NCBI GenBank assembly: GCA_020536535.1 | Contig: JAHLWZ010000187.1 | Coordinates: 186,001 to 250,000 of the forward strand | DNA length: 64,000 nt | Reading direction: 5' to 3' | From: Pelomyxa schiedti | Taxonomy: Eukaryota > Protista > Evosea | The notes under the pieces: generated by a model | Database searches by the model: none | Seen by the model: only the letters and a program-made list of their open reading frames with translations | What the model was told of the DNA's origin: nothing | In this document: positions 1-12,750 of the stretch, piece after piece | Layout of the letters: each line of letters starts with the position of its first letter | Numbering within the stretch: position 1 is the stretch's first letter | Position numbers and translations under genes: made by a program

Positions 1-75
1 CTCTTCTGGGGAGATGATGGTGTCACACCCATGTTCTACATCTTCAAGGACGGTATTAAGGAGGAGAAGTATTGA
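1..75 (+). CDS. TPT1: 3' end of translationally controlled tumour protein (TCTP), partial
   Basis: Frame 1 reads LFWGDDGVTPMFYIFKDGIKEEKY*, matching the conserved TCTP C-terminus DGxTPxxxxFKDGLxEEK; the gene runs in from the left edge. Confidence 0.75.
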   Translation, partial: LFWGDDGVTPMFYIFKDGIKEEKY

Positions 76-284
76 AAAGAATATGCAAGAACCCAAAGAA
101 GTCATAAAATAAACTTCTTTTCCTATACAACTACACTGTGTTTCTTGTTTTTGCCCAACCAGTCCTTTTAGTTTTCGAAAAAGGGAATCGGGCCGATCGT
201 TCGTTAAGGCTTCCCCGAATTTTTTTCTCTTTCCTATGAGAATCGATGATTTTCTCACTTTTTCTTTCAACCAAAGTGTCTCAC

Positions 285-2146
285 ATGGCTTCCAGGGGCG
301 GTGGTAAGTTGGCAGTAATGCCCGGACAAAATGCCCAACACAATTTCGCTCTCCAAGGGTCCTAACTATCTTTTTTAGACTCAAAGAGCAGCCGTGAAGA
401 GCTGGATGTGGAAAATAGACAGTCTCGTGACATGCACCCATTTTTGAAGTTGATAATCCTTTCTGTATGTGTGCCTCTTTTCTCTATTTCGCTTCAGTTC
501 TGAATCCTGGGAATGTTGCTCATATAGGTTGGGTTTCTGACAGGTTTCTACGATTTTGTTGTGAGATTGTTCCTTATTTTGTTTGTTCTTTAGATGCGTA
601 TGAACTGTTTGTGATGGGTATCATCATTGTCATTCTTCATGAGGTCTACCATGGCTCACCGTGGGTCTATACCTAGACAATTTAATTAGTGTATCTTACC
701 CAATTTATCATACCCTCCAAAACAACGCAGAGGTCAGTCTTCATTTGTAGCCACATCTATACTTATGGGTGCTGCTGCTGGTCAATTGTTCTTTGGCACT
801 CTTGGTGATAAGGTGGGCCGCAAAGTCATGTTTGTGACCACCATGACGGTTATTGTGATATTCACCCTGTGTGCCGCTTGCAGTCCAACAACAAGCAATG
901 GACCTTACTTAGCCCTTTCAGTTTTCAATCTATGCTTGGGGTTTGGAATAGGAGGTATAGTTATGTCTATCTTGACGAACGCACGGTTCAGTAACTTTGC
1001 TTTGCCTTGCAGGGGAGTATCCTTTGTCAGCCACTCTAGCTTCAGAATCATCGCCTCCTGAAAAGAGAGGACGTAATATGTCTTTCGTATTTTCCATGCA
1101 GGGTGTTGGGAACTTACTTGCCCCAGTTATTGTATGAACACCCTCTTTTCAACAAAAATTGATTAGCTCAGGTGTCTCTCATCCTTCTTTTTCCTGTTGA
1201 TCTGGAATGGGTCTGGAGGATAGCTCTTGGGGTAGCGGCAATCCCTTGCGCTCTTTCAGCATATCACAGATTACGGCTCCAAGAATCATCACGTTACAAG
1301 AAAGCGCGCACTGACTCACTGTCATTAAGACAGACACTCCATTTACTGAACCAGTGTAAGCTCCATCTTCTTGGAACTGCCGGGACCTGGTTCTTGTTCG
1401 ATATAACATTTTACGGGAATGGACTATTCAAAGTTGGCATACTTACTCCTGATGTGCCTTCTAATGCCAAGCAGGAAACCGTGATTGAGCTACTGGGCTT
1501 ATCAGGCGGTGAAACTCCACACGACGTGGTGCAAAACACAGCATTGTCATCATTGGCGATCACTATAATTGCTTTACCTGGTTACTTTCTTGCAATACCC
1601 CTTACAGAAATTCTCGGGAGAAAAAAGATTCAGGTTCTCAATTCCTGTATGAGAGCAGTAACCTTATAGCGTAGTTAATAGGCTTTGCGATGGTGGCCAT
1701 ACTATTTGCCATTATGGCTGGTGCATACAATACCATCCTAGAATTACCTGCTTTATTTATAATCATTTATGGACTGACTTTCTTCTGGAGTAACCTTGGA
1801 CCCAATACAACTACGTTTGTTATCCCCGGAGAAGTATTTACCTCCGAAATAAGAGCCACCTGCCACGGCGTAAGTATCACTCCCACCCAACAGTCAGTAG
1901 TAAACAAGTAGTAACCCACGATAACTGTAGTTATCTGCTGCGGCAGGCAAAGTTGGAGCTATGCTAGGTACCATTGCCTTTGAACCAGTGTCTGAGGCCA
2001 CTAGTTACCGTGTCACCTTTGCAATATGCTCGGGCATTGCGATTTTGGGATTTTTGATGACCATAGCCTGTATACCAGAGACAATGGCCAAACGTGACGC
2101 CCAAGACGTATCTCCCCTTTTGAAGAAAGACAAAACGAAAGTGTAG
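285..2146 (+). CDS. MFS phosphate:H+ symporter (PHT1/Pho84 family), multi-exon
   Basis: Spliced motifs VGFLT-DAYELF, FFGTLGDKVGRK, GGEYPLSATLASE (PHT1 signature GGDYPLSATxxSE) and SNLGPNTTTFVIPGEVF..RATCHG. ATG at 285, stop at 2146. Confidence 0.9.
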
Positions 2147-2246
2147 AAATAAATTCAACAAGTTCGAAACCAAAAAAGGGTTGGTGAAAACGCATGCGTC
2201 CTGATGGCAGGTAGAATTGTACATAATAATTTGGTTTGTTTGCTTT

Positions 2247-4536
2247 TTAACAAATGAAGCAAGGCTTCTTCTTCCCCTTCTTCTTTTTCTTGGCATTCTG
2301 TGCTGCCCATAGGTCATCCCAATTTGGTTGCATCTTATGGGAGAAAGTAACCAGTACGAAGTGGATAAAAAGCCAAAGTGCCCCAATTCCAGCTGCAACT
2401 CCCCAATCAACTGCATCAATTGCCACGACTTTGTTTATAGCAATTCCAGATATGAGTGCACAGACTAATAACAGTCCTACAAGGTAGTACTTATCCATTA
2501 GGGTCAAATACTGGGTGCGGCACAAGGACATTTCAGCAGTAAATCTGAATGGCTTAGGGGTTTTACTGGTGAGGTACAACATACTTGGCAAAGACAACTG
2601 TACCAAGAACCATGAGTAATATACCTAAGCGGTTATCAAAGGAGCCAACAGGGTCTATCTCACAAAGGAACAGAAAACAAAGTCTGCAATTTCCGTTATT
2701 TTGGAAACTGGAGAGAAGGCTTACCCAACAATTCCAAAAAGAGGAAGCTTTTAGTGTGGGGAGAGCAAAGGGGAAGCGAGATTTAGCTAAATTCGATTAG
2801 AATAATTTTGGAAAGCTTACTGCTGCATTCATGCCATAATGCAAAAACCGCCTTTCAATAGCACCAGTAATAACAATCTTCTGAATATCTTTTTGACTCC
2901 CCTTATTTGTAACCATATCACTGCTTTGTTTGTCTTTGCCTTTTGCTTTTTCTACAACCTCCACCCAGGCTGCCATTGGCTTCCACTCTTCACTCAGTGA
3001 GAACAAGTAAAATAGTACGTTCTGGAGAGGGTTCTTCTCAGGCGCTTTAGGGACAACTCCCTTTGGGTTAGGTTTCTTAGCATTGTCTTGGTCTTGTTTC
3101 TTCTGCTCTTCCTCGGCTTTCTTAAGAGCATCTTGAAATCGCAGAATATATTGGCTGGTACTGATGGGTTCTAGAGGACGGGATTCCAACTCGCAACCAG
3201 GCAGAGTGAGAATGATATGAAGCAATTGGCGGTCTCGTGGAAAAGGTTCCAATTCACAGATCTTAAATTAAAATCTTAGCGGGCATACAAGGGAAATTCG
3301 AAATCACCTCACGGAATGTTCCAGCTATTTTTACATAATAATCCACTTTAGTCTGTTGTGTGCATAAAACAAAAGAGTAATACAATTGGTAGCACTCACT
3401 CTGCGAAATATTGGTCCTTTTACGGACTTCTGAGCTGCAGTAGTCTCACCACTGCTATGCCCAGTGGACTGAGGTGCAATAGCAAGTTCTTCGTTAGGAG
3501 CCAGGTTCCTGCATTGTATTGTGGGAAGGTACAGCGATGATGGCTCCACCGCTCCCTCTTTACTATGAGGCAGATCAGTGTGCCATGACAAACGTAATAG
3601 AACTTCAGCTCTGAACTTTGGAAACTGAGATGACAAAGTTGTTGTACAGGCACACCTGGTTTAAATCTTCCCATATTTTGACGAGGGTAACCTTGGCAGA
3701 TTCAATTTTTATATTAGATATGGCACTGCTAGGTGGCAGTGGTTGGTACGGGAGACCTTCCACCGCACACAGGAATTGATCTATCTCATGGGACTCAAGT
3801 CCCATATGCTTCAGATGGGCCCGCTCCAACCTTGGGAAAATGCCAATCGGTACCTATGAGTAAAAAGTCCATTAGCCAAGTACCTTGTGTTTGTTTTGTG
3901 TTTTTCGTTTTCCGTTGTTTTGAAGAACTCTGTATGTTTTTCTTTTCCAAAAGGGAACGGTGTCGCAATGAATTGAAACGCGAGGGGAACATAAAAAATA
4001 AAGAAAGAAAGTTCAAGCAAAGGTACCCTGTGCTCAGCGAATCTTGCAGCGCAAGACAGTCCGTTCCTGCGGACAAACTCCTCGGCCTGCCGTATGCCCA
4101 TCTCCTCCACGGCCTGCTCCTCCATCCGCTCCCTCCTCTTCTTCTCCTCTATCGACGCCATCACCGCCGCCTGGCCCCCCGTGATGCCCGCCGTCGCCGC
4201 CGCCAGCGACGCGTCCGCCCACGTCGCCGCGCTCGTCATCGTCGGCGTGGCGCACCCCGTCGCCGCCGCCCCCCCGCCGCCGCCGCCGCTGGTGGTCGTC
4301 GTCGTGGTCGTGGTGGTGGTGGTGGTTACGGTGTTCGCGGCCGTGGGGCCCGCCGCGGCGGAGGCGTGCCTGGTGCCGCCGTGCCGCATGGAGCCGGAGG
4401 AGGAGGTCGTGGGGGCGTGGCGGCCGGTGCCCGAGCTGGCCGAGGCCGGCGTGCCGCCCCTCGCCGCCGCCGCGGCCTGCCTCGTGGTCCCGGCCACCGT
4501 GGCCGCTCCCGCCGTCTGCGACATCCCCGATGACAT
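2247..4536 (-). CDS. Cys-less (Pro-loop) pentameric ligand-gated ion channel with N-terminal low-complexity region and SAM-like domain, and C-terminal polybasic-CaaX
   Basis: Manual splicing gives beta2 FRAEVLLRLSW, loop A LYLPTIQCRN, Pro-loop GTFREICELEPFPRDRQLLHIIL, pre-M1 IERR, M1 LPLFGIVGLCFLFL, M2 RLGILLMVLGTVVFAK, M2-M3 SLCRTQYLTLMDKY, M3, a short loop, M4, and the end KKKKKGKKKPCFIC*. Confidence 0.88.
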
Positions 4537-4806
4537 TCGTGGTACGAAGGAACTACACAAACAACGGTGGCCGCTTTCGTTATATTTTTAAGTTTTTGGT
4601 TTTCCTGAGAATCCCAGAATGCGAGTGTTAGTTCCATTCTCACTTTCACCCGCCACTTTGCACGCAAGGTATATGCGAAATTGCTGCACATCGTCGGTTG
4701 TTGTCTGTGACCTGTACTTGGACTCCAGAGTGTTCTCCAACTTGGGAGGAGGCCTGCCGATTTAGCGGTCACCGATCAGAAACAAAGTAAAAAACAAACG
4801 CAGGCG
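4537..4806. promoter_or_regulatory. Putative bidirectional promoter between the pLGIC and cullin genes
   Basis: 270 bp between divergent ATGs at 4536 (-) and 4807 (+); no specific element proven. Confidence 0.45.
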
Positions 4807-7800
4807 ATGGAGAGAGGGAAGAGCCCGGACGCGTGGGCGCGGCTGTGGGAGAACTTAGAACGCATTCTTATATATGCCGCCGAGGGCCTCACTCACAAAA
4901 TGTGGATGCGGTTGTACACGTGAGCACACACGCCTCCTTTTTTTTTTTCCCCCGTTGCAACAAGTTGTTAGAGATGCTTTTGATGCTTCTTCTGCTGGTC
5001 GTCCCAAGGAAATATTAGACGCCGCAGGTGAATTGATGAGAAGGAAGATACACGAGATTGTCGAGGTACTGCATCACGTCTGTTCTTGGTTCCAGAAATA
5101 ACCAATGACTGGGACATGTATAGAGCAATGCACATGAGCAGGGAACCATTGAAAATTCAGTCGATTTTTTGACCCTCTATGTTCAACACTTTCGCAAGTG
5201 GCATAGTGCCATAAAAATTGTGGAGCACATTTTAGCCTATCCGGTATGGCTAATGGCAATTATTTTCACTGTCTCACATTTTTAGCAACGAAGTTTAAAC
5301 CCCCCGCTATCAGTGACAGAGGTTAATTAATACACCCAGCTGACACTAATCAATATAAGGTGGGGGTGCAAGTCTGGAATAGCAGTCTACCACGAGAGAG
5401 TGTTGTGAAGGTGTTCAATATTATGATCCATATCATAATCAACGACTACTTAGCCCATATGCATGCTGAATTAATCCAACACTGCTTTTTGTCGTTTGGT
5501 TGTGTAAACCCCGCATTTATTTGTTACTTATTCCCACCAACAGACACCGAAACCTACACACTGTTTGAGGAATCCTTCCTTAAGGAAGTGGATCAGTACT
5601 ATCGATCGCTGTTTACCACCATTCTTCATGAAGAGCATTTCCCAACTTTCCTTGTAAAATGTTGTGAAATTCAATTGTGGTGCCCCAGTAATATAACTAG
5701 GTTTGTCAGTCATTGAGCAGGAAAAAGTGAAAGCTGACGTGTTCCCAAAAACCAAAGAAACTGGAAAAAAGGTATTATTTTCTTTATATGAAACATTATT
5801 GCTTACATTCATCAGTTTGTTGACTTTATTGACAACAGTGTAAAAGGTTACCAGGAGTACATTGAGGCTCATTTTGTGGAGGCACTAAGAACTAACTCTG
5901 AAGATGGTAAATCTTTTCTTTCAATCCTTTTTTTAAGGTTCTAAAGATTTACGACGGATGTTCCAGCTTCTGTCTCATACAGATGGCCTTGCCACAGTGA
6001 GTGCTCTTTTTGGGCGATATGCAAAAATGCATGCCATGTACTTCATTGAAGACAATCGAGATGCAGCCTCATCAGTATAACGCCTTCTTTTCTTCAACCT
6101 TCACCTTTTTCAGAGTCCGAAAGTGTTCATTGAACAAGTGCTAATCATATATAACCAATACAAGAGGCTCTTGTCATCAGTCTTTGAAGATAACACCCTT
6201 TTGTGGAAATCATTTCAAAATGTATACCTCCCTACCATTCCTTATCGTATGATTTCATTTACGATAGGCTTTTACCGACTTTATGAATAATAATGCCGTA
6301 ACCAAGCCGTCTCCAAACCAAGCTGTTGACAAGGCTCCTGAACTTATTGTTCAATATTTGTGTGATGTGGTCTTATTTCAGGTACATATGATATGCACTG
6401 TTTTAGTTAAGATTGTCTAGGGAAGAGATAATGTGCCAGAAGATATGGTGGAGAAAACTGTCATAGCAGTGGTGTGTATTTCACCACATTACGGCATTCG
6501 TTGAGTCTTGGTAGGTGCCTCTTTTCAAGACTACTCATGAGGAAACCCTTTTTTGGCTTCTTTCAAAGAAACTCTCTTCTTACTTGATGTTAGACAAACC
6601 TCGATTGCTTATAAATAACTTCCAGTATTTTGTGACACAACTAAAGGTTTCAACGGTGTTTATACTTTGCTGACTCCCTTTAATAACAGGAAATCAAATT
6701 TTCGTTTTGTGCTCAACTACAAAATATGATCTCTGATATTACGGTTTCTACATCCTTGAACGAAGAGTTTCTCCACCACACACCACTTCCATGTTTGCTG
6801 CTCGTATAGATCACTTTTTGAATTCTAAGAAATATTAGTTAAATGGAACCTCAATGTAGTACGCCATGGGTTATGGCATCTTTCGGTTCCAGGAACGACA
6901 GTGCAAGTTCCTGAGCAGGTTTTTATTCAAACACCCCTTTGTTAGTAATGTGTTGAAAGCTTCAAAGTGCCGTTGATCAATTTCAAACCTTCTATTCCAA
7001 CAAATTTACCGGTCGAAAGCTTCTGTTCCTCCTCAACTACTCTTCTGCTTTCACTATTATGAAAGGAGATCAAATTCTGAGGTTTTTCAATTCTTGTTGT
7101 GATCTACATGTAAAGAATGCACTAGGCTTAGTGCAACGGCGTACCAAACGATTATTCTACTACAACTTGAAAAAACGGAGCAAATGTCACTCAATGAGCT
7201 TATTACTAACACTTCTATCAGTATTGCTGAGCTCCAACATGACTTGCAGGTCTCGGACTTCCCTCCCTCTTTTTTTGGTCTTTGACCATGGAATGCTAAA
7301 TCAGCCACTGGTCAAGCTTCGAATCGTGCACTGTAAAACTCCCCAACCAGAATGGAATGAACAAACAGTCATAATGCTCTCTAACCAGAGAGTCCCGAAA
7401 TCATCAATTCAGTAAGAAGATTGCACATAATAAGAAGTACCAAGAATAAAATAGAGTGGGACACAGAGTGGACTGTAGGCAATTCTCGGATGCCAAGGCG
7501 GAAGCTTGCCCTGGCCGTCAAATGATGGATGACAGGAAGTTTCTTCTCAAGGTTTTTTACGTCTCTTATTTCCCCTTTCTTCTTACTCCTCTTTGCTTGC
7601 CGATTTCCCGTAGGCTACAATTGTACGGCTCATGAAAGCAAAGAAAAAATCTGGGCACGCCGAACTTATCCAGCAAACAATCGCCGAAGTTTCAAAGTTC
7701 CTTCTCGTTTTTTTTGTTTCCAACTCACTCAATCGACAAAAAACAAAAAAAAAAAAAGGATCTTCCAACCCAGTGAGGCAGCCATCAAACAAGCCATAGA

Positions 7801-7870
7801 ATCTCTCATTGAGCAGGAATACATTGCTCGATCCACAGACAAAACGTCCGAGTATGAATATGTATCTTAG
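4807..7870 (+). CDS. Cullin (CUL1-like), multi-exon
   Basis: N-terminus ..KMWMRLYT; C-terminal neddylation domain DDRKFLLK-ATIVRLMKAKK (acceptor Lys intact) and IKQAIESLIEQEYIAR..YEYVS*. Confidence 0.9.
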
Positions 7871-8096
7871 ATAGTCTGGGTTCTGGAACCCATAATCCCC
7901 CATTTCGGCACTGCCTGAGGCAGTGCCTTTCGCCGCGAATTCATTCACAGTTTTAGCCTTGTTGTTGCATGATGAATACAAACAAATGTTGAAAGTTTTA
8001 TGAACTCAGCAATGTTTAGACCCTTTTTCTGACTCCCACCATTTCTTTTTTTCGCCTCAACACCCCAATCTCCGAAAGAACAAACAGCACCAACAG

Positions 8097-9954
8097 ATGG
8101 ACGACGTTAGACATCACCCAACAGATCCCATGACAAGTAGTTCCCCAACAACTACCACTTCGTTGTCATCGTCATCATCATCATGTGCAGCCCCACCGAC
8201 CACGACTACAACAACAACGGCTACTACGAGTACAAGTTCTAGTGCGCTGTCAGTTGGTGAGGCAGAGACTGCGATTGCGACTGCGACTGGGACTGGGTGT
8301 TCGTCGGCTGCAGTTGCTTCTGCACTTACGTCATCGGGGTCGGGGATTGGCGTCGTGGTGGTGCCCCACCTCGTTTCTAGCGTGAGAAAGTCTATGCCCG
8401 TGGAAATTAAAACTGCGTTACATGTGAGTGAACGCTTGAACAAAAAAACCAAAAAACAAATGGATGAATTTGAAAAAAAAAAAATGGGGTAAGCTTATGT
8501 TGACCACGGCAGACCACGTATGCTAATCCGTGGGATACTTGGACAGGGCTCATTGATAGGGAAAAGGTATCTCTCTTCTCAATTCTCTATCAAAACAAAC
8601 TCGTAGATTATGGGCTGGATGTTTAAACCTCCAGTGAAACCCACTGAAGCTCAATTAGATGCAGTTCTCCCAGTTAAACCAGTGACAGCTGCAGAACTCA
8701 CAGCTCACGACTTCACTGTAAACTTAACTTTCTTTTGTGCTTTTCTAAGGGCAAAAGGTTTGTTGGATTGGACACTCAACGGTATTCTTGCGCATATTTG
8801 GTGTAAATATATTGACTGACCCATGTAAATCGCTTTGTTACCTAGTCTTCTTAATGCACCGCCAGTATTTGCACAACGCCTTGGATTGGATATTATAGGA
8901 GAATACAAAATTGGTCGGAAGAGGGCACGCCAACCGCCAATAAGCCTCAACAATCTACCTAAAATCGACATTGTTTTGGTATGAAGTAGAAGCGATTGTT
9001 AAATCTAAAACGGAATAGATATCACACAACCACCAAGATCACCTGGATTCTGGAAATGTTAGTACCTTAGCTGGCCTGTTTAATCCACTCTTTTTAGTGC
9101 CTCGGGTACGTTGTGGATTCAAACTTCTTTTCTCAGTATACATCTAGGGATTGACTTCTTGGTTTATGTCACTCAGAATCACTAATGTTACTCTTTTACC
9201 CCAATGGCAAAATTGTGACAGTAGTAGGTCCTAGAATTCAACTGGTGGAATTCTTACTACCATTCTGGAACACCTTTGAAAATAACGTTTGTTCCTGCAC
9301 AGCATTGGTCAGGTCGTGCCCTGGTTGATTACAATCTGGCACTTTGGGGTGGATGGGTATAGTATAGGTTAAGGCAAACATTTGCTCAATTAGCCAACAG
9401 GTTTTGTCGTCCAATACACATCCCGCCAAGGTGTATTATGCAGGCGATACTGGCTACTGTCCGTGTGTACAGAAATTCTCTTGAAAGCTTCTGAATATAT
9501 ATAGAGTGTTCCCTGAAATAGCATCCTTGGGTCCATTTGATTTGTCCTTGATCCCTATTGGTCCAAATGAACCCAGAGTGTTATATATCCTTATTCTAAT
9601 TTAAGATTAACGTTTTCAACAGGAGTATGAAAACACAACACGTGGGTTTTGAAGATGCTATAAAAATTCACGAGGAGGTGAATTCTCGGCAATCCGTTGG
9701 TGTTCACTGGGGTGCGCTTGCCTCCCCCTAAAATAATTACCTAGTCAACTTACATACTAAAAACTTACCACCCACAAAAACCTTTCCCCAAATTCCACAC
9801 CCAAAGTTTTCTTAATTACAACATAGGAACGTGGAGCATGGGGGCAGATTCACTAACACAGGTCAAGGCACAATTCGCAGCCGAGTGTGGGAGAAAGGGT
9901 GTGACCAATTTCACCACACTGGACATAGGCCAAGTCTGGCACTTCTACACTTGA
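8097..9954 (+). CDS. NAPEPLD: N-acyl-phosphatidylethanolamine phospholipase D (metallo-beta-lactamase fold) with Ser/Thr-rich N-terminus
   Basis: YANPWDTW, LPKIDIVL-ISHNHQDHLD (HxHxDH), YYAGDTGY, GPFDLSLIPIG, VGVHWG; last exon ends ..GQVWHFYT* at 9954. Confidence 0.85.
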
Positions 9955-10362
9955 ATCCTAACCTCAGGAGGAGGGCAGGGGAGCGTCTCAGGCAAGTTTT
10001 GCTTGCTGGGGATCTGGTCTCACTGTTCTTCTGGTCTCATCTCATATCTACTGGAGATTGAAGAAGAGGAAAAAAAAAGATCGGACTCTTTGTTTGTCTT
10101 CGACGTCGATGTTTTCCAAAGAAAAATCACCACTAAAACGTCCTGTGCTTCTTTTCTGAAGCCAAAAAAAAACCAACAAACCAAGAAAAAACGCTCGCGT
10201 TGCACGCGAACGAAACAGTGCGGATCTGCGACTTGTGTAGTGACGTGTCAGTGTAATAAATCAGGCTGTTGTGTCCGCAAGTCATATACTCTTGATCTAT
10301 CGTCGCGTACATCGTCGCTAAGAGAAGGAGAGCATCGCTTGGTGTTTGTGGCGAACGCGGAG

Positions 10363-12750
10363 ATGTCGGCTTGTACAACTACCAGTTACGATGAGATTGC
10401 GTCGCACGTGGCATCGACTACGTCAACGGCGAAGTGCGGCTTGGGGGCGAAGAGGTTGCCTTTCAACCCGTGCTTGGGCCCGAGGATAAAAGACATAAGA
10501 AACCAGCTGCAAGTGGCTGGTGTAAATGCCAATTCAAATGGTGGGGGCGGGGCCCTGTCTGCGGCAACAGCGACAAGCGCAACAGTGACGAGTGCTAGCA
10601 ACACACGCAACTACTCGGATGATGGTGGTGCTAAAGATGTATATAGCAGGCCCCCTTCGGAGGATCACAATGGCACAGCAACGCATCACAGCAATGAGAA
10701 TGACTTTTTTAAGACATATGGCTCTAGCGTTGCTGATAATGGAAAGAGTTGTAGCACTGGCAGCGACTGTGTGAGAGGAGACGATCTGTCAATCTGGAGT
10801 GGTGCAAAAACGCAGCCCATGCGTAACCGCTATGTAAAGAAACTAGAGCCACCACCGCTTTTTTTGTCATCGACTGATGGCACCACTATAAATGGTACCT
10901 CCGGCGGCAATCCCAACCCCAATCCGTCACTTTTTTTGATAACTTCACCTCGTGACAGTGTGTTTCACAATACTACATCCTCCACGGGAAGTACAGCATC
11001 CATAAATAGCAATGCAAGTGATCTTGGACAAGATCCTGCATTTAATTACAACTTCACACAAGCACCCCCTACGAACCGAGTCACTCACAAATCTTCACCT
11101 CCAAGCAACAGCATCCCCATTGCATCCATCCCAAGCTGCATATCACCAAGATCTAACTCGAGCAAGTCACTTCCACCCTCAACCCCACTTGAAATACTTT
11201 CGCAACAAGTAGGGTTTAATCATCCCACACAATGCATAAATCAAAACGATATCCCCGCAACAAGATCAAGAAGACCGTCATCTCCACTACCTCTGTCACA
11301 ACATAGTCCAGTCTCAACTGAGAGCAAGTCTCCATTCCATTCACCTCGAACATCCATTAACATTTCCACGTTAATGTCCATTAATTCACCGCCACTACCA
11401 GGATGCGCAATCCCTCCACAATCATACAATATAGCACCGCCTCCCCCTCCGCCGCCACCACCCCTGCTACGAAAAGTCCCTCACCCAGAATTAAAGCAAC
11501 ATGCCCGAAAAGTCTTCAGTGAAGAACAACAAGAAATTTCCGCCACCATTATTCACCATCTTCTACACGATATGCGAAACATTTCGCCAAAAAGCGGGGA
11601 TCCTCTTAAAACCGTAAGTACTATATTCCTTTTTTCTTAGCTGATCACATGTCCTAGTTTAAGTGTAGTGCCTATTTTCTTCTTGACGAGTTAATGCGGA
11701 GATTAAGACTCCTACACATTACCCCAATGTTTGAGGGAATTAGGTACAATTTCTTTCTCGAGGTAGTTCTCTCCTCACAGTACCCTCAAGATTGATTGGC
11801 AGCACAGCTGCACAGATAGTAGCAGGAACAGGCAGGGTTACCGTAAATGACTTGGATATAACCATTTATGTGGACTCACCATATCGGCGGTTTATGGATA
11901 TCCTTCAAGCTGAGGAAGAATTGATTGCCCAGCTGGCCTTCGACTCTTTGGGCATTTGTTTGAATCTTCCTGTATATATTTTATTGTTTCGGTCATGCTC
12001 CTCATTTCAAAAAGGAAGTTTATGATGTTTATTTCCGTGATTCCATCAAAGTAAACACAAGTTACAACAACAGCTGGTCCCTTATTACAGTGGGAGATGA
12101 CCAATTCACTATCGACATAAAGACTGTATTTGCGACTGTTAGATCATACGACTTTTCTGTCAATTCTTTTGAAATAGTTCTTGATCCATTTTTTTACAAT
12201 GACCAGGCATCTACACCACAGTAATTCCCCTCACCTAAACCCCTACACCTCTCAATAACGTAACTTACCTGAAGAGTGATAGCGGAGTCGACCTACGGCG
12301 ACATTGACGCTGCTCAGAACCACCTCAATACCCGAACACTAGTTACAGACCAACCTACTCTCATTCGGTAAGTTCTACATAGTAAAATCACACATCCTGA
12401 TTTTTTGATTAGACGGGGTCTCTTCCGGTATTGCCACGCACTGGCAAAGGGGTTCACCCCTCGGGACGACTTGCGGGACTCACTTCACAAGTAGTAAAAT
12501 CCTTTAACCTTGTCGTTCTAATTGGTACCTGCACAGTGCTTTTGTTGGTGACTTCTTGAAAGAGTTTTCCACTGACTATGAAGGATTCACGCGGGTTGTT
12601 ACCAAGTACTTCCAGCGGCATCAATCAGGAACAGAAGCCAAAGTTTACCTCCAATTCTTGAGAAGTGAACTGGAGCCACATGTGCACACCAGTTTTGTAG
12701 TATTTCTGGACTCTCTCTTGCAACAAGCACTAGGGGATGGTGACGAGTAA
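10363..12750 (+). CDS. TENT5/FAM46-family non-canonical poly(A) polymerase with long disordered N-terminus
   Basis: IGSTAAQIV..NDLDITIY (GS + DxD), YFRDSIKV..SWSLITV..TIDIK..RSYDFSVNSFEIVLD and RGLFRYC..KGF match FAM46 domain motifs. Confidence 0.85.

Noticed and set aside
3733-4772. Several long GC-rich ORFs on both strands (also 24348-25058, 29534-30637, 47935-48640, 56853-57472)
   Set aside because: These are shadow frames of GC-rich or trinucleotide-repeat coding exons.
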